A stretch of 64,000 nucleotides of DNA from assembly GCA_002269645.1 (NCBI GenBank), contig NIVC01003194.1:62001-126000 (forward strand), written 5' to 3'. The translations under genes and the position numbers were made by a program. Positions 1-18,751 of the stretch are shown in pieces (position 1 is the stretch's first letter; every line of letters begins with the position of its first letter). The notes under the pieces are model-generated. The model was given only the letters and a program-made list of their open reading frames with translations, was not told where the DNA came from and did no database searches. The stretch is from Macrostomum lignano. Its lineage: Eukaryota.

Positions 1-1379
1 TTCGATACGTCCGAAACGTAACGGATAACTCAAATCAACTCAATAATCCTCTAGGAATATATCCTAGGAAACAAGGAGGCCTTTCTCAAATGTGTCGACA
101 ACAAGTGGCTCTCGTAAACTCAATTAATCAACTTATTAGTGCTATAGCAAATAACTAAATCGGGTAACGCTTACCAATCTGTCCGGATTTCTTCTCTCAG
201 AGATGGGTCTTCTTAGTTAACGATTCCAAAGTCTTCCTTGAGACCGCTCCGAGTCGCTTATATTTATAGTAAAATTTTGGTGAAAACTGGTTTAAAATCT
301 GGTTATTTATTTAGGTCATGCGTGTTTGATTAAGGGGTCGTGAATGTTTGATCATCACAATATATGGAATTAAGCAAATACAACTCTCCAGAACCGGTTC
401 CTTGATCAAATAAACGTTGGTCTTACGTAGGGCTCTGAGTCACTTCTGTTTCCACATGACTCATTCTAAAAATAGATTGCGAGTTTTAATAGATTTTCTC
501 AGATGTTACTTGAAGTAGTGCAATACGGTATGATTAGCGGCTCTCTACACTGTCCCACATCAAATGTAAGCATGTATATTGATTCTGTAATAAAAAAGGC
601 ATTTTCTCTTATCTCTGCAGTGTTTTTTTTCCCAGGAAATCAGCCTCCAAAAAAGTACACAATGTTTTATAATGCAGTTGGTGTTTGAAAGAGAGTCAGG
701 CTGGGAACGGGGCGCAAGAGCGCTCGGAGGTCAGAGAGGCGACAGTTCAGACACAATAGAACAAAGGCAGCGCTTATAAATAGAAACGCTATGCAAAGCC
801 CTCTGTGAGGTGACATGAAGGAGAATACGAGACACCCATCGTAGAATCGATAGGCCGGATAACAGCAATGGGAGGAGAGTGTGTGACAGAACATTGACCC
901 CATTGAAACATTGTTACTAGACACTAGGAAAGGAACAGAGAAGTTGAGTGCTAACACCAAACGGCTAATTCTTCTGTATTAGATGCAGGGGTAAATGTTC
1001 AATAGTTACAGAGTGAAATTATTTTCCTAGATTTTTTCCTGAGCAGAAGAGGGTCTCAGTATAAGTCTGGAGAACAAGTCTGAGTATTTCTTACTCCTTA
1101 CTGGTAGCGTAATCAGTAACCGAGCGGTCTACTATTTGGCCCGAAAGTTCTTACACATGTAAATGTGTCTCTTGGAACAACTCTTCGTTTTGAATTTCCC
1201 AGTAGATACGCTCGTATCTAAGTATTCAATCATCCAGTCCTTAGTCGTTACGAATATTAGAGGGTCACGGCCTTCTTAATAATGTATATGTATTTCTAAG
1301 ATCGACTACGTTTCAATTCGATCTCCTTTAGTATTCTGTGTATCATTAGTAAATACAAAAAACAACAAAATATGCGGTG

Positions 1380-2705
1380 AGCGTCACAGGGCGGCGCGCC
1401 TCAAGGCCAGGTCGCGAATGAACGCCACGCCGCCTGCCGAATCCGGGGCGCCGGCGTCAGCCAGCGGGCAGTCGAGGAAACGCCGAGTGCGCGCCTGCCC
1501 CCGCAGGTAGGGTGCCTGCAGCAGCGTTAGCAGCGTACGACTCGTCGCGGATGATGTGGTCTTCCAGCTGGAGTCGCCGACGGCGCAACAGGTCGCTTGG
1601 ACAGACCACGACGGCGCCGTGTTGGTCACTCGCTAGTAGCCGATCTTGAAGGCGGCGCGCAGCAGACCAGCATCATGCAAAACGAAAGGCAGTCCAGGCA
1701 AGCCCGCGGCGACGCCGCAAATCTTCGCAGACGCCGGGAACCAGACCGCCGAGGTAGACGAACTGCTGACACGCGGAAGTTTGTCGCCTGTCCATCAGCG
1801 CCTCGGCACAAAATCGCTGTCTCGATGTCGTCCACCAGGCCGATGACCACCACGCCGACACTCGCCGCAACAGCAACTAGCTTGTCCAGTTGTCGCTGGG
1901 CGCCCTCGACAGTTGAGGACAGCAGGGCGAGGTCGTCAGCGTAGCCAAGCACGCTAAGCCGCCATTCCGGTTGACATCGACCCACGCGTCGCCGCAACAG
2001 AAAGCCGTCGTCGTTGGTAGGAAGAGCGGTCCGCAGCACCCAGTCAAGCTCCAGAACGAACAGGAACGGCGCAAGCGTATCTCCCTGAAGCATCCCGGAG
2101 GATGTCTCAAAAAAGTCCGATAGGCCGTCCGGTGTTTAAACAGCAGCTTTCGTATCACGGTACATCGCCATGATGGCGGAAATCAGCTGCTCTGGCACGT
2201 TGTACGCACGGAGCACCTTTGGAAGCACAGACCTGACGACCGAGTCGAATATGCCTTCTTGAAATCTATGAAGATAACAATCAGGATCAACTGGCGTATC
2301 CGGGCTTCCTCGATGACCCGCCGAAGAGCCAGAATCTGCGTCACTGTGCCGCGATGGGGCCGGAAGCCGTTCTGCTCAGGACGCAGGTACGGATCCAGCA
2401 CGGGCTGCAACCGCGATAACAGCATCCGGTTGAACAACTTCGCAGCGCAGGACTGGATGCAGATACCTCGATGCTCATCAAGCCTCGTGGTGCCCGCGGC
2501 TTCTTAGGAACTGCGACGATGTGCGCCGTGGTCCATTTGTTGTGTGCCTCCTCACCGAAGAGCGCGCGATTCATCACTCTGGCGCCCTCACTGGCCACAC
2601 AGTGGATGCGCAGCGCCTCGATGGGCACCTCGTCCGGACCCTGCGCTTTCCCGCCCGGTGACTGTAGGGCGAGCTTCACAACGTCGGCTTGTGCTGACTG
2701 GTGCT
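1380..2705 (-). mobile_element. Decayed, 5'-truncated non-LTR retrotransposon (RTE-like LINE) reverse transcriptase fragment
   Basis: RT motifs are split across frames: FNRMLLSRLQPVLDPYLRPEQNGFRPHRG..FIDFKKAY (2183-2437), LQGDTLAPFLF and LGYADDLALL (1626-2093), QFVYLGG..RRRGLAWTAF (1673-1876). Multiple frameshifts; a GC-rich island in AT-rich flanks. Boundaries approximate, no TSD found. Confidence 0.9.
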
Positions 2706-3694
2706 AGGCTGAAGCTTACGTCTGCCGGCAATGTATGCCGGCATTAGAATATACAGTGTATGACTTCCTTCTATTTCCTTCTTCGAAAAGATTTCCAAGT
2801 CTCAGGGTTATTTGAAAACAGTTGAAAAGATTAACTGAAACAAGTTGAAAACAAGATACAAGGTAACAATACTCAGTGCAACAAGTTGGTTGGCTCACTA
2901 GCCACTTCGCATCTATTTATACTATCCAAAAGACCTAGTCAATATATTAATTTTGAGATATGTATAATTAAAACAAACTAGCAGCATCATAACAAATCTA
3001 ATAGTAAAATATTATTTTACAGTTAAAAAATGTACTCAACTTAAATATGAATATTATTGTTAACTGTCAGAATAGTTAAACAAATATTTACTAAAAACGA
3101 ATTTGGCTTCTATTAGTAGCAAATAGCACAGCAACGAGGAACGCTTAGATTTCACGCAACCATCTCTTGTAAATGAAGTAGCTAAACACTGAGGAGAGGG
3201 AGCTAATGACGAAGAATACGAATAAGCAATCAGCCCGGCGGTCGAGAGAACGGCTCTGCAGTGGAGGGAAATAGTTAATGCTCATATATAGCATTCGAAG
3301 CTCATGGGCAACGCAACGTGGATATACGTACAGAGCGAGCGAGTTAGTAGTGAATATTAATGCCGATCAGGTAGACGAAATTGACCAAGAAAATACAGCC
3401 GCTTGAATTAACAATCACCTTGGAAACTGCGATAAATCAGCTATGCTGCTTGTTGAAAGTGGTACAAGAAACCTGAAAACTATCGAAGCTCTGATGTCCG
3501 TATCTATATTGTAAACATAATCTAAGCGTACAAAAATTGTTTATAACTCATTGTCGATAACCCAAACCCAACGTGCCAAGCTTGTGTAAATGTGAAACAA
3601 ACTATCAATTATAAGAAATTCTTTTATCAACGAAACACGAAAAAGGCATCTGAAATCATAAAATAGCCCTCCTCCTAGCTAGGAATCCTTTAAC

Positions 3695-4599
3695 TACGGG
3701 TGTCCAAAAAGTAGTGATACTTTTAACCGTAGCTCTCGTTCTATAGCTTCCTGTGATTTAAAATTTTATGAACTGATAGCGGAAAATCTCTTCTACAGAC
3801 TGCTTTTTGAATTTTTAAAATTGATACCAGAGAACAAAAGTTATACCCACGAAAGTAACAGTACCTGTATCATAGAGTTACACAAATTATAGGCTGAGCT
3901 TCACGAGATCCATGCCGAGTAAGCTTCGATGAATTGTTAATTTAGGCTTGTCCAACCTGTCAGCAATCTCTCTAATGGTCAATCGGGAGTCCTCGTCAAG
4001 AAGATTCAGAATGGAGTCCGCCAGTACATCAGGTCGATGAACGTATGGCCGCCCCGTCCGATGCTGATCTGCCAAGTCAGTCCTTCCCTCGCTGAACTGC
4101 TCCATCCATCGATAAACTGTCATTTTGCTGACCGCAGAGGATCCGTGCGCAGAGCAAAGTTTTGCGTGAATTTCTGAGGCACCATGGCCAGCACCCCAAA
4201 GAGTGAAGATGGTACTTTGCTGAGCAACAACTGAGTGCACATGCATGTGTGTTGTCGAGTATGGGCAATGAAATCAATTGCAAAATGCAAGCTCCTCTGT
4301 TTGCAAGTAAAGTAATGAATTTAATGCTTTTTTTTTCTGCGCATGATTCCGTCCATAGACAAATTTCAGTCACTCACAGTTAGCATCATTTTGCAATTGG
4401 GCTTTGGTATTGCTTAAACAAGACATTTAACTGTTACTTTTGTGGGTATAACTTTTGTTCTCTGGTATCAATTTTAAAATTAAAAAAGCAGTCTGTAGAA
4501 GAGATTTTCCGCTATCAGTTCATAAAATTTTTAATCACAGGAAGCTATAGAACGAGAGCTACGGTTAAATATATCACTACTTTTTGGACACCCCTCGTA
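3695..4599. mobile_element. Non-autonomous Tc1/mariner element with about 168 bp terminal inverted repeats and TA ends
   Basis: Left TIR 3695-3862 (TACGGGTGTCCAAAAAGTAGTGATAC...GAAAGTAACAGT) is the reverse complement, with a few mismatches, of right TIR 4430-4599 (ACTGTTACTTTTGTGGG...ACTACTTTTTGGACACCCCTCGTA). TA at both ends; internal ORF is a transposase HTH. Confidence 0.92.
3887..4246 (-). CDS. Truncated mariner transposase, N-terminal HTH DNA-binding region only (119 aa)
   Basis: IHAKLCSAHGSSAVSKMTVYRWMEQFSEGRTDLADQHRTGRP and LDEDSRLTIREIADRL match the two mariner HTHs. It stops before the DDD catalytic domain. Confidence 0.8.
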   Translation of the reverse strand: MHVHSVVAQQSTIFTLWGAGHGASEIHAKLCSAHGSSAVSKMTVYRWMEQFSEGRTDLADQHRTGRPYVHRPDVLADSILNLLDEDSRLTIREIADRLDKPKLTIHRSLLGMDLVKLSL

Positions 4600-4875
4600 A
4601 TCAAGTGACACATCTATGCGACCGAAAGGTAAAATATTCTCGAAGATTTTAGTGCACGGCATGGTATATTTACTTATTTTAGTTCTTAGTCAAACAGATA
4701 GTACAAATTTGATGCCAACTTTAATCGTTAGTTCTTATCATAAAACAGTAAAAATTGTCAACGGTAAGTGATGCGAGGTTATTTGCTCATATTCAAAAGT
4801 TCAGCTTAGTAATAAGGATACTAAGGAGAAGATGTGATGTTGTAAAACTCGAACATCCAGCTTCTTTTTCTGGAG

Positions 4876-6772
4876 TCAAGTCGACCCGTCAAGCAGACAC
4901 GGCGGTGCGGTGGACGGCCCAACCAGCTGCACCTCCGCTCGACCGTTCGGCTCCGAGTTCGCTCCGCTCGTCCTCACGACGATCGTCGCCTCGGTCGCTA
5001 CGAAGCTGCCGCCGCCGCCGCCGCCGCCGCATTTCCCAGAGCCGCCGCCGCCGCCCGAGAAGCCGCCGCCTCCACCACCGCCGGAGCTGCCGCCGCCGCC
5101 GCCGCCTCCGCCGCCGCCGCCGTAGCCGCCAAACGCGTCCTCGCCGTCGCCGCCGCTCCAGCTGCTGCCGAAGCTCTTACCGCCGTGGCCCTTCTTACCG
5201 CCGGAGCCGTCGTCGCCTGCCGATCTCCAACCAGCACCGGCGCCGCCGTTTCCTTTGCCCGATGTCCTCGCATGGCCGCCGTTGCCGTCTGTGCCGCCAG
5301 CGCCCGCTCCGTCGCCGCCGCCGCTGGTCCCGGGCTGGTCGCTGCTTCCGTCGATTCCGTCGCAGCTGTCACCGGATCCGCCGCCGCCGCCAGCCGCGAC
5401 CAGCGGCAGCGCTGACGACGTGTCGATACCGTCGACATAGACGAAGGTGCCACCGCCGCCGCCAGCGGCGTCATTTCCACCGCCAAGCTTGTCGCTGCCG
5501 ACCTTGCCAACGATAATCGCCAACGTGACTCCGGCGTCCAGTCTGAAGTAGCCGGATGCGAGGGCGCCCTTGCCGCCGACCGTGGAGCCGCCGGCGCTGC
5601 CGCCTCGAGCGCCCCAAGCGCTGATCTTGTAGCAGCCGGTGGCGTCGATCGGATGGGTCACGAGGCTGCCCGTCTGGGTGGTCACAGCCGCCGGGGCTGC
5701 ATTGGATTCAGCGAGTTGGTTGCTTTTTAAAATGAGATTAAGCGACAATGAGATTTTGACTACTTTGTATCTCAACACTTGCATGTAGGGAAAATATTTC
5801 TGTGTTTTAAACGCAATTGAGTCTTGAGCTCAATAACTCACCGGTCAACACTTGCGGGGCAGCAGTCGTTGTTGTTGTCGGAGTTGTGGTAGTTGTTGTT
5901 GTTGGAGTTGTGGTCGTTGTTGGAGTTGGAGTTGTGGTTGTTTCTGTTGTGGGAGTTGTGGTCGTTGTTGTTGTCGGAGTTGTGGTTGTTGTTGTTGTCG
6001 GAGTTGTGGTTGTTGTTGTTGTCGGAGTTGTGGTCGTTGTCGGAGTTGGGGTCGTTTTTGTTGTTGTTGGAGTTGTGGTTGTTGTTGTCGAAGTTGTGAT
6101 CGCTGTAATCGCAGTTGTGGTCGTTGTTGTCGGAGTTATGGTTGTTGCTGTTGGAGTTGTCGTTGTTGGAGTTGTCGTTGTTGTTGTCGGAGTTGTGGTT
6201 GTTGTTGTTGGAGTTGTCGTTGTTGTTGTTGAAGTTGTCGTTGTTGTTGTCGGAGTTGTGGTTGTTGTTGTCGGAGTTGTGGTTGTTGTTGTCGGAGTTG
6301 TGGTTGTTGTTGTCGGAGTTGTGGTTGTTGTTGTCGGAGTTGTGGTTGTTGTTGTCGGAGTTGTGGTCGTTGCTGTCGCAGTTGTTGCAGCTGTTGTCGC
6401 ACTGCATTCAGGCCGGTTATCCAGCAGCTGTGTCAGACAGCCCGAGCCCGACTTCCACTTGTCGGCGAGGTCGCACGAGGAGCCGAGCAAGCACTTTCCG
6501 CTGCTCAGCGTCACCGAGCCGACCGTGTCTCCCGGATGCAGCATCTGAAACACGGAGCAACTCAGCCGCCCTCTGGCTGCGCATTCCACGGCGCAGATCC
6601 GATAATCCGTGACCCCGGAGACCTCCTTGAACGTGGCATTGGTTGCACCTGGAAGGGGCAGTTCGACAGCGCAGAGGTTGACAGTCGGCACCGTGAAGGT
6701 GGCGCAGCGGACAGACTGGCAGCAGAGGGCGGACAGCAGGGCCAGAAGAGCTGCACTGCTAGCTGCAGACAT
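4876..6772 (-). CDS. Secreted protein: signal peptide + PAN/apple-like Cys module + Thr-rich mucin stalk + ALK/LTK-like glycine-rich domain; join(6772..5842,5696..4876), 583 aa
   Basis: Hydrophobic N-terminus MSAASSAALLALLSALCCQSVRC; CAVECAARGRLSCSVF; (PTTTTTT)n. Donor G|GTGAG at 5841 and acceptor AATGCAG| at 5697 are both phase 1. Exon 2 has YKISAWGARGG, TLAIIVGKVG, GGGGGTFVY, PLVAAGGGGG and poly-Gly, typical of the ALK/LTK Gly-rich module. No TM helix. Confidence 0.85.
5860..6370 (-). repeat. Coding 21-bp minisatellite (Pro-Thr6) with ACA trinucleotide substructure
   Basis: Plus-strand unit GTCGGAGTTGTGGTTGTTGTT repeated within exon 1. Confidence 0.9.
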
Positions 6773-6858
6773 GGTGCAACTTGGATTTTGGCTTCCGGAA
6801 TTGAGCTTGTGTGAGCAGTCAAGAGCTGTGATGAGTTGCCTGCCTTTGCTGCTGCAGG

Positions 6859-6864
6859 TTTATA
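6859..6864 (-). promoter_or_regulatory. Candidate TATA box of the secreted mucin/Gly-rich gene
   Basis: TATAAA on the minus strand about 90 nt upstream of the ATG at 6772, in GC-rich context. Confidence 0.4.
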
Positions 6865-7572
6865 GCGGCTGCTCTGCTTTTGCGCATGGGGTTGGCGGCA
6901 CGGGGTGAGGCAAATCACTGGGCCACTAGTTGCCAGTGGAAACGGCCACTAACAACTATTGCGGGGGTGGCAGGTTGCTGTCTGGCGATCTAAAAGAAGT
7001 ATCTGGAGTCGCAGAGCAGTTTCTCCTCATTCATTTTTATAGATTTGAAGAAGCTGCATGTTCTGTATGTCACAGATGCATGTGATACCATGACAGCTAC
7101 ATGCAGTCTTACTCGTAAAATACGAAATTTACGATTTTTTCCTCTATAGTCTTCATCAAGAAATGATATGGTGGAACAGCTTATTTTAAATTACCAATTT
7201 TACTCATTAAATGCAAGTAATTTTGTATGTATTCAAATTTAATACTTTGTCAAATTCCTGACGAAATCAAAAAAACAGTCCAGAGTCTGGGTTCAATAAA
7301 TATCCTTGGACTCAAACCCGCAGCTGCTGGGGGGGGGGGTTGGGAGAGAGAATTGATGACGGCCGGTATTTCGCAGTGAGCAGAGAGTTAGTTGGATGTG
7401 GATCAGGGAATCTAGTCGCCATGAAAAGCCAAGTTTTGGGATCGCAGGGAACATTTAGCAGCATTAGGGGAACAAGGTTGGACAGAGAGAGTCAGGGATA
7501 TCTAGGAAAGGCTGAAGATATCAAGTGGACTGGAAGCTTGAGTACCACAAAAAAGATGAGGCGCATACAAAA

Positions 7573-7582
7573 CAGACAGAAG

Positions 7583-7657
<75 letters not shown>

Positions 7658-7665
7658 GGACGGAA

Positions 7666-7725
<60 letters not shown>

Positions 7726-7731
7726 GGACAC

Positions 7732-7766
<35 letters not shown>

Positions 7767-7767
7767 C

Positions 7768-7826
<59 letters not shown>

Positions 7827-7847
7827 CACAGACAGACAGACAGACAA

Positions 7848-7890
<43 letters not shown>

Positions 7891-7947
7891 CACAGACAGA
7901 CAGACAGACAGACAGACACACAGACAGACACACAGACAGACAGACAC

Positions 7948-8030
<83 letters not shown>

Positions 8031-8031
8031 C

Positions 8032-8062
<31 letters not shown>

Positions 8063-8063
8063 C

Positions 8064-8114
<51 letters not shown>

Positions 8115-8165
8115 CACAGACAGACAGAAATACAGACACACGGACAGACAGACAGACAGACAGAC
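7573..8165. repeat. (GACA)n microsatellite
   Basis: Direct inspection; explains the QTDR and VCLS pseudo-ORFs. Confidence 0.97.
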
Positions 8166-8166
8166 A

Positions 8167-8405
8167 GGGTGAGATTTCCTAGCTTCTAGGAGTGAGATTT
8201 CCTAGCTTCTAGGAGTGAGATTTCCTAGCTTCTAGGAGTGAGATTTCCTAGCTTCTAGGAGTGAGATTTCCTAGCTTCTAGGAGTGAGATTTCCTAGCTT
8301 CTAGGAGTGAGATTTCCTAGCTTCTAGGAGTGAGATTTCCTAGCTTCTAGGAGTGAGATTTTCTAGCTTCTAGGGGTGAGATTTCCCAGCTTCTAGGGGT
8401 GAGAT
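8167..8405. repeat. 23-bp tandem array with internal hairpin
   Basis: Unit GTGAGATTTCCTAGCTTCTAGGA, about 10 copies, containing TCCTAG-CTT-CTAGGA. Confidence 0.95.
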
Positions 8406-9172
8406 TCCACCCCTAGAAGCGCTGGAACCAGCGTCAGCGCTGGTTCCAAGGACGATTTTGCGTCAGGTTGCGCCAAGCTGGGTTTCCAGTCCATTGGCGC
8501 TTTGCCTAGTAGTCCCTGGACAACGACTACTGCTGAGCTCCTGCTGACAGGCTTTAACAATGGAATTGAGAAAATTTTGATACAAAAAACTCAAGAGGAA
8601 TGATTAATTAGTTTTATTTCTACGTTCCTAGAGTTATCTTATAGCATTTTTTGCTAATTAATAATTTATCAGGGCCCGCCTCAGGCAGGCTTGGCGATTT
8701 TTGAGCTATTTTTAAAGATCAAGAATTTCTTAGAAAGCATCTTAGCCAACTAGCCAATTCGTTTTGCGGTCGTACTATAAAAATCTATAAATGATCACAA
8801 ATTCTGCTTTAGAGAAATTTAAGTGTATTTTTCAAGTACATCGTGTGCTTCGTGCAGACACTTGGATATGAGCTGGGAGCTGTATGCTAGAGTACAAAAG
8901 TAAACTCATGATTCTTAGAAATATGCTTGAAGACATAAAAAACTTGCATTCAGGACGCAATATAGAATAAATACTTGCAGGAGCTTTGCATTGTTAAGCG
9001 GAGACAAAGGCAGAATCTTTTTTAGTAACACTAATAAAATCACTGCTGGTCATACCGTACGACGTATTTTAGGCTAAATATAAACGTTGAGATGTTCTCA
9101 AATTTAGCTATTAAGGAAAGCAATTGTAAAACTAATGTGCCAGCTGTCCTCTTGTCAGCATCAGCGACGGCC

Positions 9173-9173
9173 G

Positions 9174-9205
<32 letters not shown>

Positions 9206-9240
9206 CAGACAGACAGACAGACAGACAGACACAGACAGAC

Positions 9241-9271
<31 letters not shown>

Positions 9272-9294
9272 GTCAGACAGACAGACAGACAGAC

Positions 9295-9329
<35 letters not shown>

Positions 9330-9354
9330 CAGACAGACAGACAGACAGACAGAC

Positions 9355-9443
<89 letters not shown>

Positions 9444-9470
9444 CAGACAGACAGACAGACAGACAGACAG
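9173..9470. repeat. (GACA)n microsatellite
   Basis: Direct inspection. Confidence 0.97.
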
Positions 9471-9742
9471 ATGAGACTGTCCAAGCAGGCACAGCTGAGA
9501 GGCTAGAGCGGCATTAAAATGAATTACATGTATATAAGTGCAAGCCTAAGACAAATAAAAAAATCAGGCGCAGTTGCTGGGGCCACAGGTGCGCGATAGG
9601 GGCATTGGGCAAGGTGCAGAAAGACAAACACGGATTTCTAAACATAAATACCTGGGTAAGTCAGTCGGTAAAATAACAAATCGATGAGTCATAGTAGGAT
9701 CTGAAGCCACACCGAATGGTCTGGCAGGTAAGAAGCTGGTAA

Positions 9743-15978
<6,236 letters not shown>

Positions 15979-18107
15979 TAGATGTGGTATGGGCAATCTG
16001 TTAAAGCCTGTAATTTACTGTATACAGGCAATCTGTTAAAGCCTGTAATTCAACTGTATTATAGACAGTCTCTTAAAGCCTATAACTTGCTGTTACTTAA
16101 TTAAAGCTATTTATTTTTTGTATCTAAGCTAAAACCAAATAAAATGCAATTCTATGTTAAATCTTAGATTAATTGATTGAACATTCAAGAATCAAGGTAT
16201 ACAAAAATAAGAAAACAATCATTATAATGATTCAAATAATTTGTTTTAGACTTGACATCAAAAAGTAATCCAAAGAAGTTTTAATAACTAAAATTAACAT
16301 ATATTTTTAGAACACTTGGCCTTTGGCTTATTTCTAAAAAATTGTATTTCAAAAAACTAGAAATATATACTTTGGGTATGTCATAACTTATGTCATTGCA
16401 TACCTATATAAAATAAAAATGCTTATGCATGTAGAGGTAAAGGTAGCGCAACAGCAAAGTATACTTTGTGAAATAATATCAGTGCATCTGAAACTGCACA
16501 AGACACCTGCTTTAGTGTTAAGTAACAAAGCTTGGACAAAATCCTAAATTTCCTATTTGTAAAGGATAAAACTTGGTACTACCTAGATGATAAAGGTAGC
16601 AGTGTAGGCAATTGCTATTGGCTAGGAACTAGGGACTCTAGGTCATACATGCTCAACCTCAAAATTTTACCCATCTAGTGCAACTTAGTTTTGTCCAGAT
16701 TTGTGACTTAGTTCCACCTAATTGCAACTTAATTTTCACTTTGTATATGATTTTTCTTGCCTTTTTCTCTTTTCTTCTCTTTCTTTCTCCTATTTTCCCT
16801 CACTCCCATCTGTTCTCCCTTCATTTATTTTCTTTTTATTTTTTTCTCCTTTCTTTCTTCCCCCAATTTTTCATTTTTGCCATTTTTGATTTTGCAACTT
16901 ACCTTGGCCAGCGGCCATTTTAACTATCTAGTTTGGATGGGTTGGACATTTCTTGGGCATGTATGCTCTAGGTCAACTATGACTAACAAGTCTATCTTGG
17001 TTAAGAAAACCATGTTAATAGATTTTATATCAAACAAACAATTCTTTATTAATATAACTTTACCAAACATCAAAGTCAATAATCAATATTTTATCAACTT
17101 TTGTCCAAAACATTAGAGGTCAAATAGGCTAGTTCCAAATTATGCTAGTTCCAAAAGCTAGAAAAAATATTTATAGCCTATATGAGCATTACCAAAAGGT
17201 TATTAATATTAAGGGACATTATGCTATATAATAGCTTATTTAACTACAATTGCAAGCTCTTTTATATTTATATCTATGATATTCATATTACTCATGATAC
17301 ACAATATAATATTGAGTTTAAAAAGGTTTTTTGTCTTTTAAAAATAATTTATAATAAAACATTTATTTATAAAAATAAAAGATTTAGAAAAAGTCAAACA
17401 ACTTAACTCAAGACTAAGTTAAAAACTCAAATAAGCTAGGCTTAATTAGAATATAAATTTAAATCAGTCAATTAGCAAAACTTTACAAAATATGCAGCAG
17501 GTAAAAAAGAAAAAAATGATATAAATCTAAGCATATTTTTTAATTTTCTAGATTGACATATTGGTGTATGCAACACTAAAATAAAAAATATATCCTACTA
17601 AATACTTAATCTTGGTCTCACGACTCTCACACTCTTACTCTTACTCTCTTCGCTTTTTAGGTTATGTGGACTAATTTGAAATCTTAAGCATTCAGTATAG
17701 TGTATAGCAGGATTCGATTAATTATTCTATAATAAATATTTAATATAGAACAAGTTTATTACGAAATAAAACAGAAAATTAAAACTTTAATCATGCCCTT
17801 AGGTTCTTAGAAGTGTATTTATCTTATTAATTATTAAACGTATAGAAAAATAGTAAGGTTTACTATTTTACACTTGGTACCAGGGTAGCGTCACAACTTT
17901 AGTGTAAAGGTTGTAGTTTCTTTGTTTAAGCGCAGCGATAACTAAGTATAGTAACAATTTTCAAATTGCAGACGAGGCAATTGTCAAGGTAAGGATCGAA
18001 CCGTGAGCCGTTTCTATAAATGACTGTCGGAAGGCACCAAAATTGCGCGTCGAATTATAAAAGAGAAGTTTTCTTTCTTTCGTAAGCTACTTTCGGTCGA
18101 CCATATT

Positions 18108-18714
18108 ATGTCTGCCGATAAAGATTGTCAAACAAAATCAGAAGTCGATTTGTGTATCTTCAAAGATATTTTTCGCCGGGCAGATAAAAACGGTAAATTC
18201 AACATTTCGCTCAGTTGTGATTATAAGTTTAAGAATCGAGTTTTATGTTTTAGGCAGGTTTTGAGTCTGAGTTTAAGCACCGACGCGCGATTTTGAATTG
18301 CAGACGATGGAGCAATTTCCTGGACTGAGTTTGTGTCATACTTTTCTGATGGGATCGTAACCGACGATGGAATGCGCAACCTGTTCAATGAAATCGATTC
18401 TCATAACACAAAGTGAGTAAAAACTAAGTAAAGCCTTATGGCTACGTGTTAAATGTACATATATGGTGTATTTATTTTAAGTTGGAGGCTAAATGCCACC
18501 TTCTCGAAAAAAATTATAGCTAGGCACAGTAAAAGGCGAGAAATGCGATCTAAATTCGAAAGATTATGTCGATCTAAGAGCCTCAGACTATATAAATTGC
18601 TTATAAAACATTAAAAACCTATTTAGGATTCTTCTAAAGCTTGAAACCGGCATTTCTGTAGAAGAGGCTCGCATTCCACGATCAATTTAAGCCCCAGAAT
18701 TTCTGACCACTTGA

Positions 18715-18751
<37 letters not shown>

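Noticed and set aside
1-1380. Short ORFs and coding-looking minus-strand stretches
   Set aside because: Frequent stops and no recognisable motif; cannot support a gene or element call.
4755-6548. Arg-rich, Pro-rich, Val-rich and Gln-rich ORFs
   Set aside because: Alternative-frame or antisense shadows of the Gly-rich and Thr-rich exons.
7340-9517. QTDR and VCLS repeat ORFs
   Set aside because: Translations of (GACA)n.
17990-18010. GGTTCGATCC B-box on the minus strand
   Set aside because: No T-stem pairing or cloverleaf; overlaps a probable plus-strand GTAAGG donor.
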